DNA of 64,000 nucleotides from Catajapyx aquilonaris (Eukaryota): NCBI GenBank assembly GCA_000934665.2, contig KZ538164.1, positions 1 to 64,000 of the forward strand, read 5' to 3'. Shown piece by piece: positions 1 to 9,900 of this stretch (position 1 is its first letter; each line of letters starts with the position of its first letter). The notes under the pieces were generated by a model. It saw only the letters and a program-made list of their open reading frames with translations, ran no database searches and was not told where the DNA came from. The position numbers and the translations under genes were made by a program.

Positions 1-4
1 GTGA

Positions 5-36
5 CAGGGAGCAGGGCAGGGCAGGGCAGGGCAGGG
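5..36 (+). repeat. (CAGGG)n pentanucleotide repeat, G-quadruplex-capable
   Basis: cagggagcagggcagggcagggcagggcaggg: six GGG tracts with short loops. Confidence 0.85.
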
Positions 37-469
37 ACATGCGGGGAGGGTCCCCGAAATTTTAGTAAAGACCAGCAAACACGCGCGTTTCAGCCCGATC
101 TGTCTGGCCGCCGCTGCAACCCCCCCACCCCCGTCGGCCCTCTCATTCCCCGGCACGCCCGAGTGGCTCTTGTTGACCCCGGTCAGCTCAACGTCTCCCC
201 TTCCAGCGCCCCGATTGTGCCCGCATGGACGGCCGTCCCCGGTGCTTAGGGCTGCAAAGAGCCCGAAGGGCCGAAACTAGGCGGGGCGTGGTCCATCCGC
301 CCGATTCCACCAGCCACTCCAAGCCTCTCACGATCGACCCCGCCTGAAAGATTGGCGGAAAAGGAGATGCCCTCCAAGTAACACTCCGTCCCGCCAGAGT
401 CGAAGCACACGACGGCGCCGCGCCGGCGTCTCCCCCTTCAGGCAGGACCTCACCAGGCCTGTTTGCGCA

Positions 470-1299
470 TTAACATGTTGGAGCCTGCCCCATAACACCC
501 GGGCCCACAAGTAATAGCTGGGGCGACGAGTTGGCCTTTCGGAGGGTAGCGCGGCCGAGATGGGGAACTTCCCCTGCGAGCAGAAAAATGATACCGCGTG
601 GAGCCATACTCCCAATGTAATAACACTTGCGGTTTGCGGGATCTATGAATATGTGGTAGAGACCTGTGGCGACAACAATGATGCTGTCGAACTTTTTGAA
701 TTTGTCTTCCAGATCGAGTCGTCCGTACGATGCAACCTTTTCCCCATTTACCAACCATGACCCTTCGCGAGGCTGAATCACGTAATGCGCATTTTGCCTT
801 CCCCTCTCGCCCACGGCCGGAAACAGGTTGCTATCTATCTCGTAATCGCTCGGAGGGGGGAAGTACAATTGTTGGGTCTCGTAAAACACTGCCGACTCGT
901 AGGCGTCTCCGGCCATGCGGGCTTTGGTGATCCATTGCACCTTGGCATCTTTGTTGGCTCCCAACACGGTTGCCAGGTGCTCCACGTCCTCTTCCGACAC
1001 GCCGTAAAAGGAAGAGCACTTTCCCGATTGGCAATCGATGACCGTGCAGGGGCCATCAGCCACATGGACCACGATGATGCCTTCGGGCTGCTGGCTCTTG
1101 TTCAGGATAGTCTCCACTCTAAACCGGCGCTCCAGTTGTCCGGGCAGGTACCATTTTTTTATCGCGTCCGGATACAGGATTATGTACTGCTTGCAATTGT
1201 TGACGTCGTAAAAGGCCGTCATACCTATAAAATAGTAATACAAATATAAATGTTTTCGGCCCTCCATTTTGTTGGCTCACCTGAAACTGGACCGTCCAT
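470..1299 (-). CDS. Two-exon hypothetical protein, 257 aa (MDGPVSG|MTAFYDVNNCKQYIILYP...GQAPTC), with an internal two-domain repeat
   Basis: It contains the longest ORF in the window (470-1267) and has a globular, protein-like composition. Exon 1 (1299-1281, ATGGACGGTCCAGTTTCAG) is followed by an intron GTGAGC...TATTACTATTTTATAG (1280-1225, 56 nt, AT-rich 3' half). It splices in frame (TCA G|GT ATG) to exon 2 (1224-470), removing the odd Tyr-rich N-terminus MEGRKHLYLYYYFI of the raw ORF. Stop TAA is at 472-470. Confidence 0.75.
1225..1280 (-). other. 56-nt GT-AG spliceosomal intron
   Basis: Donor CAG|GTGAGC and acceptor TTTTATAG|G, locally AT-rich within a GC-rich context, and the splice preserves the reading frame. 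Confidence 0.7.
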
Positions 1300-1385
1300 A
1301 TCCTTCTCGCTCTCTTTTCAGATTGCGCCGCGCGTAAACCTTCCTAGCGTTGGCGAGTCGCGTGCGGTGCGCAGGTGGTGGCTGC

Positions 1386-1606
1386 ATATAGGGCGCCTCC
1401 CGGCACCTCTCTTACCAGGCATGCGGCTTTGGCCGTGATCCTAAGAGCAACGTCATCCTAATCGGGAGGCCCTGGGTTCCAGCCCGGCTCGGCGCCCGCC
1501 GCTGCGGATTTTTATTTCGCCACCGAGAGCGACGGTGCTGCCACTGCCGCGGGGGGCCGCCGCTGCTTTTCAAAGCGTAGCTTCTCGCCGAGCCTCCTGA
1601 TTGGCT
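1386..1606 (-). promoter_or_regulatory. Putative promoter of the 470-1299 gene (CCAAT box and TATA-like element)
   Basis: On the minus strand, AGCCAATCAG (NF-Y consensus) at 1606-1597 and CTATATGC at about 1391-1384, roughly 90 nt upstream of the ATG, in CpG-rich sequence. Confidence 0.35.
1432..1494 (+). pseudogene. Degenerate tRNA-like or SINE-head-like segment
   Basis: Begins GCCGTGATC, as eukaryotic tRNA-His does, and has a B-box/T-arm-like CCTGGGTTCCAGCCCGG followed by CTCGGC. It is about 10 nt too short and has no intact anticodon arm. Confidence 0.2.
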
Positions 1607-4345
1607 GGAGACTCTTCCCACGCATATTTACTAGTTACAGAAACCGCCGCAGTGGCGCTTTCCCATGTTAAACTCGCATAGACGGTGGCGACACTGCGGC
1701 ATTTTTCCAAGTGGCTCCGTAATAAGCCGTGGACAACTACTAAAGTTGGTTGGGCAGGCAAGTTTTGGCCTCTCCCCGGAAAACTTTGATCCTGCTCCAG
1801 TGCGGTTCTTAATAAAAAGAAGGGGCGGGCTAGAAGGTTTGCGCACTGCTGCCCCAGGATTTTTCAACAACCAACCATTTGTTCTAATAACGTACAGTCG
1901 CCCCGCAGACGCTCTTTGCCGCGTACATTCTGGTAAAGATCCCACTACACGTCCCCCCCNNNNNNNNNNNNNNNNNNCCCCCCCCCCCCCCCCAAAAAAA
2001 AAGGTTTGGGGTAAACCTGTCAGTACTCTGGAAATGTGAAGATTAGGGGCTAGTTTTTATATGGTTTGCGGTTGTCCGAAACTCTTTTTTTTTTTGGACA
2101 GTGTACATGTTCAGGCTCGTTCATGATGGTTCAGGTCGTGTAAATGCCTGCAGTATGGAACATAATAGGCAGCGTATGTGCTACGTGCATAGCTTACTCC
2201 CTGCATGAATAATTCCTGCCCGTAGGTTTTTAGGGGGTACAGTAACGTGGAGAGAGAAACCCGGCGCCTGTCCATTGCTGCTGTATTCCCCGGCGGGCTG
2301 AAAAAGTATCCTAATGATGGGAAAACGATTGCGCGGCTTCCAAGCTCTCTACCCCCCCTACCCTCCATCCACACCACCTCTCCTAGCTGGGCTCGGAATT
2401 AAAATTGATTTCCAGTCTTTTCTCTGCTAGCGACACCCGATGCTTTTCTGCTGGCAAAATCAAATTCTCTCCCGGGCTTTCTTGTCGTACCAATCATTTC
2501 CTCCTCAAGCTCGGAATCGGGAACAGCGTTTCATTTTGGGCCTAGTGGCATTGCAAGTTGGAGAAGAGCGAAAAGGAAAAAAAGGGGGGTGACTAGGCCT
2601 GTAATTGGTAATGAACAAAAATGTGGCAAGAAAAAGAAGGTAAGGATATCCCGTGGATGGTGCGTGTACCCGGGTTCAAGGGATATAGTGATTTTATTTC
2701 GCGGTTTTTGCCAACACGAGGCGGTTCAAAATCTCATTAGAAGTTCAATAGAAACCCATTTTCAACAGGAATCCGCTCTCATTAGGGCTTTTGAAAGATA
2801 GCCTTTCATATCAGAAAAACCTCAAATCGTGATGTTTTCACCAGCGGACTCAGTGGAGGTTAGACCTGTGGTGTAAACCCCGAACAGCATCAACAACAAA
2901 TGTATTTTGCATAATGATTACCCTTGTAACTTACAATCATTTTTTGCTGGCGAAAATTTTGCTGAGAAACCGGATACTTCATTGTAGTCAGTAGAGTGTA
3001 AGCTAATGTTTGGTAACTTGCCAAGAGTATACACTGTATGCGCTCATGGCGCGTTACACTGTAAGATAATCCTCTAGAAATAGCCGCGCATCGAGAGAGA
3101 AAGAGAGACCCTTAAAGCGCCGCAATTTTGGGTACCAGAAATCAATGAAAACTCATCACAGGCGCCATATTGGACATCAACATTATCTCCCCCGGCCTCA
3201 TGTTTAATTCCTTCCCAAGTGCATCTGCATCCAAGACCGGTGAGAAAAGTGAGGTCAAAGGGTAGCCCCAGCCTCAGAGGTCGCCCTCTCCCATCATTAG
3301 ACTTAATCTTGGGTCGGTTGCGAGGCGTCGCAGCTGCCATCTCCCGACTCAGACTCGCACTCTCTCATTAGGACGCCCTTATGGTTATTACCCCCCCTGT
3401 GGACTTGAGAGGAGGGGGAGGAGGAGGAGGAGTAAAATTTTATTATCTTTACTCCTCAAAGTTTAGAAACTCAATAATATGAAGAAAAGAGGAGAGGTGG
3501 GGAAGAGGCTGTGGGGGTAAGGGCGGAAAAGGGGAGAGGGAAAGACTGAGGATCGATCTTGGAGAGAGCTAGAGAAGAAGAAGAAGAAGACGACGAAGAG
3601 AAGGGGGGGCCATGTCTCAAAGGCGACGCAGGGATGAAAGCTCCTTTGGTCGCTTTCAACTTACCTCTCCGACTTAGGCAACATGGAGAGAAGCGGATGC
3701 ATTTAGGTGTGCATATTTTTTATTGATAAATAGGAGTAATAAAGCATCGCTTTAGCTGCACGTATAGAGGCGGAAGCAAAAAGGAGCTTCGATATGGTCT
3801 TCTGCCTGCTCACAAAACCTTGCATCGACTTTGATGCCCGTTAGCAAAGAGACAGAAAACTTTATTAGTGGGGTTATTGCTTTATAACGTCGAGGATGGA
3901 AGGGAGGCCAGTGCAGTGTAGTGGGGGTTCATTTTTTTAAAAAAATGCGGTGTATAAATCACATTAAGGTCTGAAGCGCTTCGGCCATTAAACAACAGAG
4001 GGGGAGTACCGGCCATTGGCAAAGTTTCGCCACTCTTTTATTCTGTGATGGCATGAAGATGTGCCGATTATATGTTACGTCAGTGTGACTAAGTGATTAA
4101 GTGGACCGCTTCAAAGGGCGATGACATTTTTGAAGCTTTGTGGAATGCAGGAAATTGGCAATTACCGTGTCAGATAACCACAGTGGGTGCTTAAAATTGG
4201 TGGCTCTGGAGAGCAAATGAGTGCCATCAAACCTATGTATAGTTAATTATTTTAAGTGTTTTTTTTTCTACACGTATACCATTGAAACGACACCCACTCC
4301 GTATAATTATGGAGGAAAATTCTCTCGGTAGATATAAAAATTGAT

Positions 4346-4561
4346 TTAATTTTTTCTCCAACAAACAGGTAGGCATTTACTACACATCCCACAGTTTAAG
4401 TGATTTGAGAAAGGATGGCCCGACCAACATGGCCATGCACCCCTGGAGCAAGCTCCTCTAAAAGATCTGCAGCCTGTTGGGACACATATTCCTGCGACCA
4501 GCGCAGGGAGTAAAGAAAAACAAAGAAAAAAACCCATCATTTTAAACATATTTTTCCCCAT
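4346..4561 (-). CDS. Candidate small secreted cysteine-rich peptide (defensin/toxin-like architecture), 71 aa
   Basis: Hydrophobic N-terminus ending ...LPALVAG, then 47 aa with 8 Cys and net positive charge. Competing reading: the hydrophobic part is a polypyrimidine tract ending in a CAG acceptor. Confidence 0.35.
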   Translation of the reverse strand: MGKNMFKMMGFFLCFSLLPALVAGICVPTGCRSFRGACSRGAWPCWSGHPFSNHLNCGMCSKCLPVCWRKN

Positions 4562-6731
4562 ATGATAAATATCTGTTCTGCCCTGGTTCCACTGCAGGCT
4601 CTACTTTTTCACAGCACCCCAATAAGTCACGTCGAGATAAATCGTTGCAGCAAAATATTCAAACGTCAGTCCATCATCACTTGGCGACCAAGTGAATGAT
4701 CAAGGGCATTAAGATGAGGGGTGGTAGTTATGCAGATGCAATCAATATGGCCACTCCCGGTACGTACCATCGATTATTATCATGTGGGCAAAACGCGTGT
4801 GATTCGGGCGGGAACTCGCAGTCTATGCAAATGTCTCGCTCAATTCAATTCGAATTGGGGAAATCCGGGAAAATCCCTGGGAACATATTTTTAAAATGCA
4901 TTCAGAGAATGTGTGTGTATTTCATTCGCGCATGAAACTTGCGGTAGGTCACTTATGCAAGTCAATACTTACAGTACGTTTTGTAATGCTCAGACAAACT
5001 TGCAGGGTGAACTTGAAGGATGAAAAGGTTGTCGTTTGGCCTCCGGAGCCCAGAAGTTAACCCTAGAAGTTTTTTTTTGAATCATCATGAAACATCTGCT
5101 TTTACAGTACCCTTTGCGTGACGCAGGATCTCCGATCCGGTCAAAAGAAGCAGAAATCTATTGATAACGGTGCTATCTACTGTTCCTTTGCATATAAGAG
5201 AAAGTTAATCACATTCATTAAATCTGTTCTGAGGGAAAGGCATACTCATGCAGCTAATTTAGCAGAGTAGGAATGTAAGGCAGTATTGGCTTTAACAACT
5301 GATGGATTCCCATGTCAATAACTGACTTGCTTTTGAACTGCAACTTCTAAGCAAGTTCTCAAAGCAAATTGGAAGATACTGTAGGCCAACCCCCGGTTTG
5401 TAGGACTGCAAAATATACATTTCATTTGCCGGATGCGCCCAATATTTTAAATGCATCTCTCTCTCTCTCTCTCTGGAAGGAAATTTCAATTGAAACGTAG
5501 AATGTTTTTGCACTAGTTTTGACCATTTGACCAGACAGACAGTCAGACAGACAGAGGCGTCCGGGAAGCGCGCGGACAATCAAGTTATTGGGTATTCAGC
5601 GCAAATCAATTACAGATTTAATTCGTTTCCACTCATCCGGAAAATGGAATTAGATTTCTTTTATCGGGCGGGGCTGCAACATGATGGATTCAATAATAAC
5701 AATACATATATAATGGCACAATAAAACTCGGCAGAATTTGATGTTTGATGACATAATTATCACTCCGGGTTTTGTGAACGAGTCCGGCCAATATTCCTGC
5801 CGGAGAGAAACGAGGGCATAAAAAGATGGGCAGATGTACATGGCAACAGCATCCATACACGCTGCACTCTTGACACGTAGTTAAGTTGCATCCTGCTCAA
5901 GATGAAATAATCTTAGTCACTGATGAAGTACAGAGGATGGGCCCAATTTTCGCTCCTGAAAGTTACACTTCCAATTGGACAGATCTGCTGTTGCATACGT
6001 ATCAGGATGTTCGCTGGTGACACATTCTCAAAATATGAAGCCTATTATTAGTGATTGTTGCTGTTTGTTTGCGATTTGAGATAGACAATAGTTGAATAGT
6101 GCACGATATATCGGCTTTTGATGTCTCTGATGCAGTATTGATTGGCGATGTGGAATTCCTGATATCGCACAGCTACACTGCAAGTCGGATACTCGCATAC
6201 GGAAATTGCAAAATTCGTTCCTGGACACTCCTATTTTCAAAGCTACTGCTTTCTGCGATAATATTGTAGTCGTTTTTGGGAGGATGGAAGGAGGGGCCGG
6301 AAACCAGAGAATAAGAGTATCAAAGTTGGTATTATTAGCAAACAGGTGTAATTACGATCCTCTTTGATGTTTCTCTCTTTTGTTTTTCCAAGGGCGCGGG
6401 ATGTGTACCCCCAGCTCAGAGACGTTCCTTTTGTTAAGTGAGGATTATCTTCCGGGCCTTCTTTTGTGCTCCATATGCCCCGCCCGCCGCAAGAAGCATC
6501 GGAATTACGTACGGATTACTCGGGCCAACTGTGTTTGAAAGCATGTTCCAATATACGGAATGTGTTTTCTGGCTTATTGCTAAGCAGTTACTTTTAGAAG
6601 CTACCAAATAATATCAGCTTTGAAGACATCTGTAGGGCACTAAAGCCTGACAAAATAGAGCAGCATGTGGCACGAAAATGCCTGTGTCAGAAGACAGTTG
6701 TTAAATGAATGAACAGCGCTGCACGGAAGCA

Positions 6732-6949
6732 GGCATCAATCAAGTCATTATTTGAGCCACGGGAAGGGTACAAATGCGACTAACAGGCCCAGTCATATCC
6801 CCCCCCCTCCCTTTTCCGTCCAATGAAATTTCAGCAGGCNGGCATCAATCAAGTCATTATTTGAGCCACGGGAAGGGTACAAATGCGACTAACAGGCCCA
6901 GTCATATCCCCCCCCCCTCCCTTTTCCGTCCAATGAAATTTCAGCAGGC
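6732..6949. other. Assembly artefact: ~108-bp direct duplication across a single N
   Basis: 6732-6839 and 6841-6949 are identical except for one C in a poly-C run, and they are separated by the N at 6840. Confidence 0.9.
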
Positions 6950-9900
6950 TGAAAAACATAATTGCAGCAAATAAGAAGCGACGCGTCATATTTCATATCC
7001 GCGGATGAAATTAGTCTGCAGGCGCTTGGGACTAAGGCCCGGTTTTGGAAGCGAAGTAACACCAGATTTTGCGAAAGAGAATATAGTGTAGGCTTGGGAT
7101 TTTTTTTTTTACCTTCCCCCTCTTTTATTTTCTCTCCCCTAGAATTTTCTATCCGTACGGGGAATTCCCGTCCACCGGCTCGGAATAGTGACGCTGCGGC
7201 TTTTTCTGAACCAACTCTCGCAGGATTCTGCTGCCCCGCTGGACTCATTAGTGTGATGACCCAACCCCCAGCATCCGGCTGTCTACTCTTCCTTTTTTTT
7301 TAAACCCCCTCCTCCTCTCTTCTTTTTTTGGGGGGGTGCTCATCGCCCTCCCATTAGCACACTCTCTAGGCTTTTATGGTGCATTATCTTGATCAGGGAT
7401 GATGGTCAAGATAGAAGGGTCTACAGGCTCGCTCTCTCGTTAACTGCATAATTACTTAGCTGTTTGCGACTTGTTGCGTTGTTTTCACGCGCTCTGACCA
7501 TTTGCCTTGTTTTTAAGGCACTGTCACAACCAAGCTGCAGGAGATTTAGACCCATATTACCATGTACAGCACTTTGTCCAATTTACGTACAATTTGCTGA
7601 AACAACATGCGGGGCTAATTTCGGAAGCCTTCCATATAGGTCTTTCTAAAAAAATCTTCCAGTCATATTCAGAACCACCAGGATGGTTAATGACATGTCT
7701 ATCGCGTCCATCTTCCTGTGTTAAAATGCACGCGAGCACAGGTTTCGCATCTTGCATAAGAAAAATGCTTTCCAGAAATTCCAGCCACCCATTTCCTCCT
7801 AGTATTTTGACGACGGTATCTTCCTCTGCCGACCTTTCAGGACCTGGGCTCTCTTTCTCTAGAGGGATCCAGCTGACGGAAAGAAGTGCGGAACGTGATG
7901 CGAAAGGCGACGCCCCACCAGTTCCCAGGAGAGGACCACAAAAAAAAAACACGGAGAAGAGAGAAAGAGAGAAAAAAGGGGGGATGAGGAAGAAAGAGAA
8001 AAAAAACGGTGGAAGGTGGAGGAACGTAGGTGATACTTTTTCATCATTCCGGTGGGCTATGCCCTGGAGACAAGCCGGACCCTGCTGGCTTGGTCATCTC
8101 GTAACAAGATTGTGAGTCGGTCAGTTTGTCACGGAAAAGCATCTGGACGCTTAGAAGGTCGAGGGGGGTTAGTCGCGTCCAAATGAGACCAGATGTGGAA
8201 ATTTTAGGACCGGAACCAGCCCCCTGTGGGAACCCTTTGTAAGGACATTAAAAAAAAGAAAATAAAAGGAGGCTTTTCTCAGGTGAATAACGCGTATGAA
8301 TGACTGGGTCACGTTCGATGGGATCGATCTCACATGTGCTGTAATAAGTCATGAGGATTGCGATAATTGAGACACGAACCTGGCACCAATACTTACTAAT
8401 TGATGTGCCATTACTGTACGACATGACCATGTGTGCTATCGGACTGGCTCAGGTATGAAGATAGACGCTCAAATGATTACCAAATTATTGCTAAACATTT
8501 CCTACTACTACAGCAGTAGTATAGGCTGCATTTTTGTAGGGAGAAAAATTCATTTTTTTCTACACTTATTTAAGTGCGAATTTGGTGAGATAGTATGCCT
8601 AGAAGCGGTTGGCCCGAGTTGTTCCACTCTCCTCCCCGTATTATTGCGTCTTCCAGGTGAGATGATACGAATAATGGGCAAAGTTGGAAGCAAGTGTGAA
8701 GGCGAAGGCTTTGTGAACGCCTTTTGGCGAACCCCAAACACAACACGGGGATCTCATTAAGGCAGCCGGTTTAATTCGACTCTAATTGTTCGTCCCAGCG
8801 ACGTTCAATCATAACTGCTAACCATGTTGACAGCCAGGAATTTAACGGCCAACAAGGTCGCGTTCCTAAGATGTACACAAGGGCAGTTAAAGGGACGGAG
8901 ACAACATTATTTCCAAGTAGCACACGTGAAGTTTCATCTTTTGCTGTTTTCTATTTGTCATTTTTTGATATGTTTAGAACGTAACAATTTTAAATATGCG
9001 AACATTGTCATTTTGGTGTTTGGGAAAGTCGCGATATGAATGGCCCCCGCCTTGCCGTCTCTCCTTGAAGGCTAACTTTGTTGGTCGATACACAGTCTGC
9101 TGCACATGTATATTCCGTGCATGCTTCCCTGCGTGGCACGGCATCAATGGAGGCATCGGTGATAATGGTCTTCAATTCAGGTCCGTGTGTCCATTCTGAA
9201 ATATACTGGCCACCCAATAATTTGGCACGGCGAGTCGGAAACAGTCGCCTGGCTGATGCCTTGAACCTTCCTTCATCATTAACGAGACAGACATGGGCCA
9301 ACTAAGTAAATGGCCAGAAAATAGGCTCAGGCCAAACAAGAAAGAAGAAAAAAAATTGCGTGACCCAAACTCCCCGCAAATAAGCATAAATATGAATGAG
9401 TTGCGTTGCGTTGGAGGTGCTGTCTTGGCCTGAATGTGTGTGGTGTGCGCGATTACACTTTAGTCCAGACTTGGCGACGACTCTGGCATGTGCTACTTTG
9501 CCACACATGCATTATTCAAGAGCCAACCTGTCCGTAATAATATGCCCGGAACCGCCAAGTTGACACCATGCTCCTAACTTTCTGCACAAGGTCAAGGTGC
9601 TAAGTTGTTAGCCACTGTTCTTGTTACAAGCCAAATTTAATTGCGGATTATTGAATATTGTGCGTTGCGTGGGTCCAACAAAATTTTATCTTTTATGGAT
9701 TGCCAATACTGTCATTAGCAAACCGATTTGAAGTAGTGGCATGGCAAATGTCAATGAGGATAAAACCTATGGTGATGGCGCTCAGGAAAAAGAAAAGTTT
9801 CCTCTGTCCCGTCGCCGTGCCTGGCACACAATGAAGCAGCCGACTCTGGATTAATCCTTCCCGTCGCATTATTCCCCTTTCTTCTTTTTTTTTTTGGAAA

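Noticed and set aside
1226..1267. ORF-track start MEGRKHLYLYYYFI with a good CAAAATGG context
   Set aside because: It lies within a consensus 56-nt intron, so the spliced model is preferred. Use as an alternative start is not excluded.
6732..6949. 108-bp direct repeat as a biological tandem duplication
   Set aside because: The copies abut a single N and differ only in homopolymer length, which is typical of an unmerged contig overlap.
7507..8115. 202-aa plus-strand ORF and overlapping 131-aa minus-strand ORF
   Set aside because: No recognisable motif, non-ATG starts, and they run through low-complexity purine tracts.
8625..8662. Plus-strand TCTTCCAG|GTGAGA as a second ratchet point
   Set aside because: Interrupted pyrimidine tract, no clear branch point, and the opposite strand to the strong site; within chance expectation.
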